Below the pieces are notes generated by a model. The model did not search any database, was not told where the DNA came from, and saw only the letters and a list, made by a program, of their open reading frames with translations. The translations under genes and the position numbers were made by a program. From Lytechinus pictus (taxonomy: Eukaryota), in the NCBI RefSeq assembly GCF_037042905.1, contig NC_087245.1, forward strand, positions 27,654,001 through 27,718,000: 64,000 bases of DNA. Reading direction: 5' to 3'. Positions 24,901-38,250 of the stretch are shown piece after piece. Positions within the stretch are counted from its first letter, which is position 1. Each line of letters begins with the position of its first letter.

Positions 24901-27900
24901 GGCACCCCATAGTTCGAACATCAATTCGGCGCCCCCTAGGCCGAACATCGATTCGAACACCCCCCCCCCAGACCTAGTTGGAACATCACTTCGGTGCCCC
25001 CCTTCTAGTTCGAACATTTATTTGGCGTCAACCCCCCCCCCCACTTCAAACATCAATTTTGCACCCACCTAGTTCGAACTTCAATTCGGTGTCCCCCGGT
25101 TCACCCCCTCCCCCGTTGCGAACATAATTTTGGCGCCCCCCCCCTCTTCAAACATCAATTTTGAGCCCCTGGTTCGAACATCGATTCGGCTCCCCCTTGT
25201 TTGAACATTAATTTGGCGCCCCCTAATTCAAACATCGATTCGTAGCCCCCGCCTTGCCCCCGAGTTCGAACATCAATTCTGTACCCCTAGCCCGAACATC
25301 AACTCGGACCCCCACCCCCCCCCCCCGACCTAGTGGGAACATCAATCTGGTGCCCCCCCCCCCTAGTTCGAACATCGATTCGGCGCAACCTCTGAGTTTG
25401 AACATCAATTTTGCACCCACCTAGTTCGAACTTCAATTCGGTGTCCCCCGGTTCACCCCCCCCCCCGTTGCGAACATAATTTTGGCGCCCTCCCCCCCCC
25501 ACTCTTCGAACATCAATTTTGAGCCCCTGGTTCGAACATCGATTCGGCTCCCCCTTGTTTGAACATGAATTCGGTGCCCCCAAGTTCAAACATCAATCCG
25601 GCACCCAATAGTTCGAACATAAATTTGGCGCCCCCTAGGCCGAACATCAACTCGGACCCCCCCCCCGACCTAGTGGGAACATCAATTTGGTGCCCCCCCC
25701 CCTAGTTCGAACATCGATTCGGCGCAACCTCTGAGTTTGAACATCAATTTTGCACCCTCTAATTCGAATATCATTTCGGCCCCCCTCGTTCTTACATCTA
25801 TTCAGCGCCCTTCTAGTTTGAACATTAATTTAACTGGCGCCCTTTAGTTCAAACATCAATTCGGAGCCCCCTAGTTCAAACATCAATTCGGAGCCGCGAC
25901 CTAGTTGGAACATCAATTCGGCGCCCCCCTTCTAGTTCGAACATCAATTGGCCTCCCTATTTCGAACATCGATCCGGCGCCCCCTAGTTCAAACATCAAT
26001 TCGGAGCCCCCACCTAGTTGGAACATCAATTCGGTGCCCCCCCCCCCCATCTAGTTCGAACATCAATTTGGATCCCCCCTAGTTCGAACCTCAATTTGGG
26101 ACCCCCTTTGTTCGAACATTCGTTTGGACCCCCTAGTTCTAGTTAAATTAAATTCAATTCTATTTCAAACATCAATTCAGCACCCCTCCCTAGTTCGAAC
26201 ACCAGTCCGGTGCCTTCCTGCTTCGTATATTGATTAAGCCCCCCCCCCCCTAGTTCGAACATCAATTTGGCGTCTGCTAGTTCGAACATCAATTCAGCGT
26301 CCCCCTAGCTTGAACACCAATTAGGCGCTCCCTAGTTCAAACATAAATTCAGTGCCCCCTAGTTCAAACATCAATTCGGTGCTCCCTACTTCAAACATCA
26401 ATCTGGTGACCCCTACTTCAAACATCAATCGGCGCCCCATAGTTCGAACATAAATTCAGCGCCCCCTAGGCCGAACATCAATTCGGCGTCCCCTTCTAGT
26501 TCGAACATCAATTGGTGCCCCCTGTAGTTCAAACATAATTTTGGCGCCCCCCCCCCCCCCACTTCAAACATCAATTTTGAGCCCCTGATTCGAACATCGA
26601 TTCGGCTCCCCCTTGTTTGAACATTTATTTGGCGCCCCCTAATTCGAACATCGATTCGGAGCCCCCGCCTCGCCCCCTAGTTCGAACATTAATTCTGTAC
26701 CCCCCTAGTTCGAACATGAATTCGGTGGCCCCTAGTTTAAACATCGATCCCACCCGACCTAGTTGGAACATCAATTCGGTGCCCCCCTTCTAGTTCGAAC
26801 ATCAATTTGGCGCCCCCCCTTCAAATATCAATTTTGCGCCCCCCCTTCAAACATCAATTTTGCGCCCACCTAGTTCGAACTTCAATTCGGTGTCCCCCGG
26901 TTCTCCCCCCCCCCCGTTGCGAACATAATTTTGGCGCCCCCCCCCCGCCCCACTTCAAACACCAATTTTGATCCCTGGTTCGAACATCGATTAGGCTCCC
27001 CCTTGTTTGAACATGAATTCGGTGCCCCCAAGTTCAAACATCAATCCGGCGCCCCCTAGTTCAAACATCAATCGGCACCCAATAGTTCGAACATAAATTC
27101 GGCGCCCCCTAGGCCGAACATCAATTCGGACCCCCCCCCCGACCTATTGGGAACATCAATTTGGTGCCCCCCTCTAGTTCGAACATCAATTTCGTGCCCC
27201 CCTAGTTCGAACCTCAATATGGCGCCCCCTTTGTTCGAACATCAATTTGGCGCCCCCTAGTTCTAGTTTAATTCAATTCAATTCTATTTCAAACATCAAT
27301 TCGGCGCCCCATAGTTCGAACACTAATTTGGCGCCCCTAGTTCGAACATCAATTTAGCACCCCTCCCTAGTTCGAACACCAGTTCGGTGCCTCCCTACTT
27401 CGTACATTGATTAAGCCCCCCCCCCCCTAGTTCGAACATCAATATGCCGTCTGCTTGTTCGAACATCAATTCAGCGTCCCCCTAGCTTGAACACCAATTA
27501 GGCGCTCCCTAGTTCAAACATAAATTCGGTGCCCCCTAGTTCAAACATCAATTCGGTGCTCCCTAGTTCAAACATCAATCCGGCGCCCCCTACTTCAAAC
27601 ATCAATCTGGTGCCCCCTACTTCAAACATCAATCGGCGCCCCATAGTTCGAACATAAATTCGGCGGCCCCTAGGCCGAACATCAATTCGGCGTCCCCTTC
27701 TACTTCGAACATCAATTGGTGCCCCCCCCTTCAAATATCCCACCCGTTGCGAACATAATTTTGGCGCCCCCCCCCCCCACTTCAAACACCAATTTACATC
27801 CCTGGTTCGAACATCGATTAGGCTCCCCCTTGTTTGAACATGAATTCGGTGCCCCCAAGTTCAAACATCAATCCGGCGCCCCCTAGTTCAAACATCAATC

Positions 27901-30900
27901 GGCACCCAATAGTTCGAACATAAATTCGGCGCCCCCTAGGCCGAACATCAATTCGGACCCCCCCCCCCGACCTATTGGGAACATCAATTTGGTGCCCCCC
28001 TCTAGTTCGAACATCAATTTCGTGCCCCCCTAGTTCGAACCTCAATATGGCGCCCCCTTTGTTCGAACATCAATTTGGCGCCACCTAGTTCTAGTTTAAT
28101 TCAATTCAATTCTATTTCAAACATCAATTCGGCGCCCCATAGTTCGAACACTAATTTGGCGCCCCTAGTTCGAACATCAATTTAGCACCCCTCCCTAGTT
28201 CGAACACCAGTTCGGTGCCTCCCTACTTCGTACATTGATTAAGCCCCCCCCCCCCCTAGTTCGAACATCATTTTGGCGTCCGCTAGTTCGAACATCAATT
28301 CAGCGTCCCCCTAGCTTGAACACCAATTAGGCGCTCCCTAGTTCAAACATCAATCCAGCGCCCCCTACTTCAGACATCAATCCGGTGCCCCCTACTTCAA
28401 ACATCAATCTGGCGCCCCATAGTTCGAACATAAATTCGGCGCCCCCTAGGCCGAACATCAATTCGGCGCCCCCTTCTAGTTCGAACATCAATTGGTGCCC
28501 CCTGTAGTTCGAACATAATTTTGGCGCCCCCCCCCCCCCGCACGTCAAGCATCAATTTTGAGCCCCTGGTTCGAACATCGATTCAGCTCCCCCTTGTTTG
28601 AACATCAATTTGGCACCCCCTAATTCGAACATCGATTCGGAGCCCCCGCCTCGCCCCCTAGTTCGAACATCAATTTGGCGCCCTCTCCACTTTAAACATC
28701 AATTTTGCACCCACCTAGATCGAACATCATTTCGGCCCCCCTCGTTCGAACATCTATTCGGCGCCCTTCTAGTTTCAACATTAATTTAACTGGCGCCCAT
28801 CTAGTTCGAACCTCAATTTGGCGCCCCTTTGTTTGAACATCCTTTGACGCCCCCTAGTTCAATCATCGATCCGGCGCCCCCTAGTTCAAACATCAATTTG
28901 GAGCCCTCTAGTTCAAACATCAATTCGGAGCCGCGACCTAGTTGGAACATCAATTTGGCGCCCCCCCCCTTCTAGTTCGAACATCAATTGGCCACTCTAT
29001 TTCAAATATCAATCCGGCGCCCCCTAGTTCAAACATCAATTCGGAGACCCCACCTAGTTGGAACATCAATTCGGTGCCCCACCCCCTCTAATTCGAACAT
29101 CAATTTGGCTACCCCCTAGTTCGAACCTCAATTCGGCGCCCCCTTTGTTCGAACATTAGTTTGGACCCCCTAGTTCTAGTTAAATTCAATTCAATTCTAT
29201 TTCAAACATCAATTCAGCACCCCTCCCTAGTTCGAACACCAGTCCGGTGCCTCCCTGCTTCGTACATTGATTAAGCCCCCCCCCCCCCTAGTTCGAACAT
29301 CAATTTGGCGTCTGCTAGTTCGAACATCAATTCAGCGTCCCCCTAGCTTGAACACCAATTAGGCGCTCCCTAGTTCAAACATAAATTCAGTGCCCCCTAG
29401 TTCAAACATCAATTCGGTGCTCCCTAGTTCAAACATCAATCCGGCGCCCCCTACTTCAAACATCAATCTGGTGACCCCTACTTCAAACATCAATCGGCGC
29501 CCCATAGTTCGAACATAAATTCAGCGCCCCCTAGGCCGAACATCAATTCGGCGTCCCCTTCTAGTTCGAACATCAATTGGTGCCCCCTGTAGTTCGAACA
29601 TAATTTTGGCGCCCCCCCCCCCACTTCAAACATCAATTTTGAGCCCCTGATTCGAACATCGATTCGGCTCCCCCTTGTTTGAACATTTATTTGGCGCCCC
29701 CTAATTCGAACATCGATTCGGAGCCCCCGCCTCGCCCCCTAGTTCGAACATTAATTCTGTACCCCCCTAGTTCGAACATGAATTCGGTGCCCCCTAGTTT
29801 AAACATCGATCCCACCCGACCTAGTTGGAACATCAATTCGGTGCCCCCCTTCTAGTTCGAACATCAATTTGGCGCCCCCCCTTCAAATATCAATTTTGCG
29901 CCCCCCCCCCCTTCAAACATCAATTTTGCGCCCACCTAGTTCGAACTTCAATTCGGTGTCCCCCGGTTCTCCCCCCCCCCCCCGTTGCGAACATAATTTT
30001 GGCGCCCCCCCCCCACCCCACTTCAAACACCAATTTTGATCCCTGGTTCGAACATCGATTAGGCTCCCCCTTGTTTGAACATGAATTCGGTGCCCCCAAG
30101 TTCAAACATCAATCCGGCGCCCCCTAGTTCAAACATCAATCGGCACCCAATAGTTCGAACATAAATTCTGCGCCCCCTAGGCCGAACATCAATTCGGACC
30201 CCCCCCCCCGACCTATTGGGAACATCAATTTGGTGCCCCCCTCTAGTTCGAACATCAATTTCGTGCCCCCCTAGTTCGAACCTCAATATGGCGCCCCCTT
30301 TGTTCGAACATCAATTTGGCGCCCCCTAGTTCTAGTTTAATTCAATTCAATTCTATTTCAAACATCAATTCGGCGCCCCATAGTTCGAACACTAATTTGG
30401 CGCCCCTAGTTCGAACATCAATTTAGCACCCCTCCCTAGTTCGAACACCAGTTCGGTGCCTCCCTACTTCGTACATTGATTAAGCCCCCCCCCCCCTAGT
30501 TCGAACATCAATATGCCGTCTGCTTGTTCGAACATCAATTCAGCGTCCCCCTAGCTTGAACACCAATTAGGCGCTCCCTAGTTCAAACATAAATTCGGTG
30601 CCCCCTAGTTCAAACACCAATTCGGTGCTCCCTAGTTCAAACATCAATCCGGCGCCCCCTACTTCAAACATCAATCTGGTGCCCCCTACTTCAAACATCA
30701 ATCGGCGCCCCATAGTTCGAACATAAATTCGGCGGCCCCTAGGCCGAACATCAATTCGGCGTCCCCTTCTACTTCGAACATCAATTGGTGCCCCCTGTAG
30801 TTCGAACATAATTTTGGCGCCCCCCCACTTCAAACATAAATTTTGAGCCCCTGATTCGAACATCGATTCGGCTCCCCCTTGTTTGAACATTTATTTGGCG

Positions 30901-32125
30901 CCCCCTAATTCGAACATCGATTCGGAGCCCCCGCCTCGCCCCCTAGTTCGAACATGAATTCGGTGCCCCCTAGTTTAAACATCGATCCCACCCGACCTAG
31001 TTGGAACATCAATTCGGTGCCCCCCTTCTAGTTCGAACATCAATTTGGCGCCCTCCCCCCCACTTCAAATATCAATTTTGCGCCCCCCCCCCACTTCAAA
31101 CATCAATTTTGCGCCCACCTAGTTCGAACTTCAATTCGGTGTCCCCCGGTTCTCCCCCCCCCCGTTGCGAACATAATTTTGGCGCCCCCCCCCCACTTCA
31201 AACACCAATTTACATCCCTGGTTCGAACATCGATTAGGCTCCCCCTTGTTTGAACATGAATTCGGTGCCCCCAAGTTCAAACATCAATCCGGCGCCCCCT
31301 AGTTCAAACATCAATCGGCACCCAATAGTTCGAACATAAATTCGGCGCCCCCTAGGCCGAACATCAATTCGGACCCCCCCCCGACCTATTGGGAACATCA
31401 ATTTGGTGCCCCCCTCTAGTTCGAACATCAATTTCGTGCCCCCCTAGTTCGAACCTCAATATGGCGCCCCCTTTGTTCGAACATCAATTTGGCGCCCCCT
31501 AGTTCTAGTTTAATTCAATTCAATTCTATTTCAAACATCAATTCGGCGCCCCATAGTTCGAACACTAATTTGGCGCCCCTAGTTCGAACATCAATTTAGC
31601 ACCCCTCCCTAGTTCGAACACCAGTTCGGTGCCTCCCTACTTCGTACATTGATTAAGCCTCCCCCCCCCCTAGTTCGAACATCAATTTGGCGTCCAATAG
31701 TTCGAACATCAATACAGCGTCCCCCTAGCTTGAACACCAATTAGGCGCTCCCTAGTTCAAATATCAATCCGGCGCCCCCTACTTCAAACATCAATCCGGC
31801 GCCCCCTAGTTCAAACATCAATCGGCACCCCATAGTTCGAACATAAATTCGGCGCCCCCTAGGCCGAACATCAATTCGGCGCCCCTTCTAGTTCGAACAT
31901 CAATTGGTGCCCCCTGTAGTTCGAACATAATTTTGGTGCCCCCCCCCCTGCACTTCAAGCATCAATTTTGAGCCCATGGATCGAACATCGATTCAGCTCC
32001 CCCTTGTTTGAACATCAATTTGGCGCCCCCTAATTCAAACATCAATTCGGAGCCGCCTGACCTCGCCCCCGAGTTCGAACATCAATTCTGTACCCCCCTA
32101 GTTCGAACATCAATTGGTGCCCCCT
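18938..32125. repeat. ~13.2-kb tandem array of a ~30-bp minisatellite (consensus ~CTAGTTCGAACATCAATTCGGCGCCCCC) with kb-scale higher-order duplications
   Basis: Continuous variant monomers, roughly 430 by length/30. Diagnostic variants recur, e.g. ttctagtttaattcaattcaatt and cgtacattgattaagcccc. Identical spurious ORFs at 27818-28045 and 30059-30286. Confidence 0.97.
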
Positions 32126-33165
32126 GTATGAACTTTTGTTGAATGTTGATTTATTTTTCAAGAAAATATGCAAAAATCTTTCCTTTCTATTTGCATCAAT
32201 TTTCTATAGTTTCATGATTTTTAAAATAAGGCATCTTTATTCTTGATAATCATGATTCCATTTTCTTCCATTCTCATCTCCCCTCTGACCAATGAGTAAA
32301 TGGGTTTTCATTTGAAAAAATCTCCAATATCTAATCCTCTTTTCAATTTATCAACCTTCTATTCCCCCCCCCTTTTTTCCAAAGTCTCATTTAGTTACGG
32401 ATAGATTAACCCTTACTTTCCTCTATTATGTGCACGTTGTTTGTAACGACGCAATATTAGGATGATATTAGAATGCTTTTAGTCTCTCACGTACAGGAAG
32501 ACAATTTTGAACACCATGCATTCACTCTTTCAACGACTGAAAATTAACTCGCTCGCTTTGTTCTCTCGCATGATATCAATTGTCAGCCTATGTGCAATTG
32601 CGTTTTTTTATTGACTGAGTCAATTCCTAAAAACACAACAACATTAAAACAGCCATTGAAAAAAAAATCGTTATAGGCACCTTCATCGCTAAAAGTGTTG
32701 TAGATGGTAGTGTTTTGTATACGTTCTATGTACTCCAGTATACTTCATGTGGGGTGTCCCCAAAATTTGCAATTTTTTGCTTTCATCGCCCATCGCACGA
32801 TCTGATCGGATCTTTGCCACTGTACATGTACCTCTTAATTTGACCCTTACAAATGTAAACTGCCGCATCATGTGGGTATGGTGGTATTTAGTCGTTTATG
32901 TCACATTAGAGCCATTTAAACAGCGAGGGTAAAAAAAAATTGTGCAAGGCCTTAACTGTCATCACCAACCAACAGTGATAGATCATCTTAATATATATAC
33001 ATGTACTCCTGCATACATGTCCCTTAATGCCGGGTGCCCCCCTCCCCAAAGAAGTTTCATCTGTGTATAATGCTCTCATACCCCCCCCCCCCGATATACC
33101 CCCATTGAAACAAGAGTAGAAATAAAATAACAAAATTATTTCAACAATATAGAGAATTTTATATA

Positions 33166-34565
33166 CAGTGCGTCCCAGAAAAAACGAAACCGAGATTTAG
33201 CGATGATTTATCATAACTTAATCATAAATAAAATAGCCAAATTACCTACCCATGTAAAGCTTAGAATCTCCTTTTTCATCTGGTATTACTTAGATCTTCA
33301 TTCGCGCATGATTGAGCAAAAACAATTCGAAGAAAGGATGCCAAAAACTCATTTGGCGGGGGGTATCTGAATTTCAAAAAGAAAATCACATGACTAAAAA
33401 GTTCAATATCTTCTCTTTTCTTTGATACCTAAATCACAGAAAATGGTCAAGTAGTAAAAAGTTATGATCTTTCGAAACAATGCTTGTATTTCCATAATTT
33501 CATTAAAGGAGAATGAAACTCTTGGAGCAAGTTAGCTTTTGTGAAAGCAGAAAAATCAAAGAATAAGATCAACAAAACTTTGAGTAAAATAGGACTAGCA
33601 ATAAAAGAGTTATATGCATTTGAATGTCGAGATCACTAATGCTATGGAGATCCTCCCATTGGCAATGCAACCAAGATCTGTGATGTCACACACGTACAAC
33701 TCTCCCATTTGGACACTGAAAATATACCCCAAAACATCCCTTTTTGCTCATTCTAATCATATGACAAACGATTCATCAATGATATAATGTTGTGAAACCT
33801 CTGTACTTGTCATCTCATAAAGAGAACACCTCACCTTGTGATAGACTCTATAAAAGTGAGAATATAAGTGAAATAAGTACTTAAGTAATGAGGGAGTTGT
33901 ACGTGTGTGATATCACAGATCTTGGTCGCATTGCCGATGGGAGGATCTACATGGCACTAGTGATCTCAATATTCAAATGCTCATAACTTTCTTATTATTC
34001 ATTCAATCTTCCTCAAACTTTCAACAATATGTTTCTTTGAGTTTTCTCTTTGATATGGATTCAGCTGGTTTCAAGGGTTTCATTCTCCTTTAAATAAACG
34101 CGTTTTCACCGGTTTCCCACTGAAGCTATCGCACGGTAACAAAAGACTTTAATAATGCATGGCTGATCGTCAACAAAGTGTCGAGTGAGTTTGAACGCTA
34201 GCCTGTAAAACCTCTTCATTTTATGAAATTATTGAAATTCAAGCCTTATTTCAAATAACCAGAACTTTGTTATTTCTTGACCATTTTCTGTAATTGAGGT
34301 ATCAAATTAAAGAGCAGATATTGAACTTTTTAAAAATGTGGTTTTCTTTTTAAAACCCAGATACGGCCCGCCAAGTGACTTTTTGGTATCCCCTTTTCAA
34401 ATTGTTTTTGCTCACTCATGCGTGAATGAGAAATAATCTAAGTAATTTCAGATGAAAGAGGAGATTCTAAGCTTTAAAATGGTAGGTCATTTGTCTGTTG
34501 TATTTGCGATTAAGTTATGATAAATCATCGATAAATCTCGGTTTCGTTTTTTGTGGGACGCACTG
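33166..34565. mobile_element. Tc1/mariner-type non-autonomous element with long TIRs
   Basis: TA|CAGTGCGTCCCAGAAAAAACGAAACCGAGATTT ... AAATCTCGGTTTCGTTTTTTGTGGGACGCACTG|TA. Inverted similarity extends for hundreds of bp. Confidence 0.9.
33507..34089. mobile_element. Kolobok-like MITE nested in the Tc1/mariner element
   Basis: TTAA|AGGAGAATGAAAC ... GTTTCATTCTCCT|TTAA (TTAA TSD, RR...YY termini), with internal inverted repeats. Confidence 0.88.
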
Positions 34566-35959
34566 TACATATATTAGTATATTATAAATTTACATATATA
34601 GGCAGTTATTTTAAACGAGTTCTAAATGTTTTTTCTCATATTGCTAAGCATAATTAATTGGACATTGTATTTCTTAGAAGTGTAGGTGTGTCATAGATAA
34701 TGCATTCACGGCAAAGCTTTATTTTCGCGCATGTATTCAGCAAACTAATGAATGTCATCTGTCCACTTGTATATTCGTTTGATTTTTTTTTTATTATATC
34801 AAATTATATTGATTACATTTGTTCCCCGAAAATTGAATAAAACATGATTGACTACTGCTTTTATCAAAAGCATCGTTATTGCTGAAATTCGATATGTAAT
34901 AATGAGTCTTTTCGAAATAAGAAATAATTATTATTTCATGTAATGAAATATTTATAAATTCATTAATTAAATAAGAAGAAGAAAAAGTAGGGACACGAAC
35001 GGAAGACCCATTCAGATGTGTCATTCTATATTTTATGTTTGTAAGAGTATTGTAAGCTTCTGCCCGAGAGATTAATTCCTTTGACCATGGACCTAGTAGG
35101 TCCATGCTGTGACTGAAGAGCCTTTCGAGCCCCTGTCCCTGAAATGTTTATTCCTTGTTTAAAGTAATACATAAAAAGACAAATGAAAAGCATTGAAATT
35201 TCATCAAAATTGTACTAGGAATAAAAAAAAATTATTAGGTTTTACCATTATTTTCGTTGAAATTATGAATTATTAATAATGACGACATAAATCTATTTTT
35301 CACAAAATATTGCTTAACTTAAAGTTTAATTACTTTGTTATTGATATCAGATTTTGATGAAATTTTAAGCTTTTTCGTAATTAATTTTACTTAATTTACT
35401 TATTTATTAATTTCAGCCCGGTGTGTATCCCTTTTAAAGCTGTAGGCTAACAGATCGTATAGTCAAATTGTTTTTCAAGTATTTCAAAGAATGTCAGGGA
35501 GATGGTTTCCTGTGAATGATGAGCCTACTGGGCCAGTCCCTTAAACTGTAGGAGAACGTTCCGTTCTCCTACAGTTTAAGGGGCGTTCCGCCCAGTCAGA
35601 TTGTATTTTTTTTTAAGTATTTGTAATAATATTGTTAATAAATTATTTCTGTCTGGGAGATGGTGTCCTTCCTGTGAATGATCAGCCTACTGGGCCAGCC
35701 CCTTAAACTGTAGGAGAACGGAATGCCTAGTCAGATTGTATTTCCCCCCCCCCCCCCCGTTTTTTTTTTTTTTTAATAATTTTTTTGTAAGAATATTGTT
35801 AATTTCTGTCTGGGAGATGGTTTCCTGTGAATGATGAGCCTACTGGGCTAGCCCCTTAAAGTGTAGGAGAACGGAACGCCCAGTCAGATTATGTTTAAAT
35901 TATATGTATTTATATTTTTTTAAATTAATTTCTGTCTTCGAGATGATGTCTTATGAATA

Positions 35960-37052
35960 ATGAACTTCCTCAAATTAAATGTTTCTAAAACTGAATTCAT
36001 TGTACTATGTCGGAAAAACCAATTAAATGAAAATCTATCCAACGTAAAACTCAATGTATGTGATAATGAAATTGCACTATCCTCTAAAGTTAAGAATCTT
36101 GGCATATGTTTTGACTCGTGCTTTACACTCTCATCTCATGTCAGTAATACTGTACGTACCTGTAATTTCCATCTTAAGAATCTGTGGCGCATTAGAAGAT
36201 TTATTAATGAAAAAAATTGCCATCATGCAGTTTACTTTCTCGACTTGACTATTGTAACAGTCTCTTTTCAGTTCTTTGTGTTAAAGATCAGAAAAAACTT
36301 AAAAGTGTTCAGAATCGTGCCGCACGTTTAGTGTTTTCAGTTGGTCGCAATGTACAATGTCGATCTCCTTTGATTAGGGAACTCCCATTGGCTCCCTTTT
36401 TCTCAACGTGTCATGTTCAAACTTTGTATGTACATTTATAAATTGGTTAACAGTACCGGTCATTCATATCTTGTAAACACAATTGCTCGTTACACACCTG
36501 CTCGTAATCTACGTTCCCTGAATAATGATACCACCAAACTTGTTAATCCGAGAACAAACTTCTCCATAGCAGAAAAACGTTTTAGTATAGCTGGATCTAG
36601 ACTTTGGAACACACTCCCCTCTACCGTCCGAACAACACCGACCATATCATCTTTCAAACGACAACTCAAGTCATATCTTTTTCCAAATATCTAGTTTTCT
36701 ATTTATTAATATGTATTTGTTTTGATGATTTTTGCTATCACTGTTTGGTTTGACTTGGCTAACCCATCTGGGGCCTGGTGACCTCAAGTGCTATACTAGA
36801 GCTTCTGTGAATGATGTGCTGACCGGGCTTGTCCCTTAAATTGTTGGTGAACGAAGCAGCAAGCAAGAGGCCACCAGGCCTCATCTGGCGCAGTTGAGAG
36901 CACCTATAGTTGATGCAATTTAATGTATATAATTCTATACTTTTTTGTTACTTAAGATTTATATTTATATTTTATTTCTGACAATTGTAAGCGCTGTGAT
37001 ACTTTTCGTGTATAGCGGATATAAATGACCGTTATTATTATTATTGTTATTA
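35960..37052 (+). mobile_element. 5'-truncated, frameshifted L2/Crack-clade LINE (C-terminal ORF2, 3' UTR and (TTA)n tail)
   Basis: Motifs LKLNVSKTEFI, VKNLGICFDS, SRLDYCNSL, LKSVQNRAARL, RFSIAGSRLWNTLP and FKRQLKSYLF across three frames (35960-36694). Terminal tgtaagcgctgtgatac...gtatagcggatataaat followed by (tta)n. Confidence 0.92.
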
Positions 37053-37719
37053 CTGGGCTAGCCCCTAAGATTTATAGGAGAACAGCGCTCCCAGTCACGC
37101 AATTTAGTTTTTATGTTTGTAAAAAAAAAAAATCTGGGAAATTATATCCTATGAATGATGAACAAAATGGGCTAGTTCTTTAGACTGTAGGAGAACTGAA
37201 CACCAAGTCAGATTACTTTTAAATGTAAAGTATTTTAAAGAATATTGCTTAATTTCTGTCTGGGAAATGGGGTCATGTGAATGATTGGCAAACTGGACTA
37301 TACATTTAACGTCTAGGAGAACGGAACGCCCAGTAGGCGTAAAGATTGTACAGTCTAAATATTTTTTCAAGAATGTAATTAATTTCTGTCTGGGAGAAGG
37401 TGTCCTGTGAATGGTGAGCCTACTGGGTTTGTCCGTTAAATGATAGGAGAAGGGAACGCCGCCCAGATCGACATATATATTTTTAAAAAGAATTATTATC
37501 ATTAAGTATTTGTAAGAAAACTGTTAATTTTTGTCTCGTAGGTGGTGTCCTTCGGATTATGAGCCTTCTGGGCTAGACCCTTAAATGGCAGGAGAACAGA
37601 ACACCCAGTCAGACCTTCTTCTTATTATCATTATTTTAAGTAGGCCTATTTGTATACTATTTTGTCTGGTATAGATGTTGTCCTGTGGATTACCAATTGG
37701 CTTAGCCCTATAAGTATTA

Positions 37720-37960
37720 CACTTTAAACAAATATTGAGTAAATTGTAACCAGCATGATGGTAATTATGTGTCCAGCCAAATTTGGGCAGTATTTTACCC
37801 AGTACAGGAAGCATATTGTCCACTGAGGTAAAAAAAAAAAAAAAAGCAGCAATTACGTTAGAATGGGCAAAATTTTTATCACACTGGATAAAAATGCCCA
37901 ATGTTGGTTGGAAATATAATTACCCTCACGGAGCATTTTTTCCCAATATTTTTTAGAGTG
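37720..37960. mobile_element. MITE with CACT...AGTG termini, TA-flanked, inserted in a hairpin-motif copy
   Basis: TA|CACTTTAAACAAATATTG ... CAATATTTTTTAGAGTG|TA. The interrupted motif resumes as taggaaaaaggaacgccc. Confidence 0.7.
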
Positions 37961-38072
37961 TATAGGAAAAAGGAACGCCCATCAATCAGATAATATTTCT
38001 TTATTTTTGTCTGTAAGAATTTTGTTATTTTTCGTCTGGGAGATGTCCGATAAAACAGGAACCTACAGGGCT

Positions 38073-38212
38073 TTGGGTATTCCAGGTTGAAATTGATACG
38101 ACAGTGAAAATTTCATCAAAATGAGACAAGGAGTAAATGAAGTTTTTAATTTAGCAAAAATTTGGTGGAGCCCATGCGTGTCTTGCGCAAGGTGATGATG
38201 CATCTTCCCACT

Positions 38213-38250
<38 letters not shown>

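Noticed and set aside
18717..31431. Many ORFs with MFELGGAE / IDVRTRG / SSNINSAP repeats
   Set aside because: Translations of the ~30-bp minisatellite, broken constantly by poly-C length variation. No splice or domain evidence.
18938..32125. CRISPR-like array, Pol III B-box array or heat-shock elements (GTTCGAAC core)
   Set aside because: No unique spacers or cas genes and the context is eukaryotic. The core lacks the C of GTTCRANNC and the 2-bp spacing of nTTCnnGAAn.
35493..36885. Hammerhead ribozyme, SECIS or C/D snoRNA identity for the hairpin motif
   Set aside because: Lacks the CUGAUGA...GAAA core, the SECIS helix-II length and apical AA geometry, and a terminal D box (CUGA) on the sense strand.
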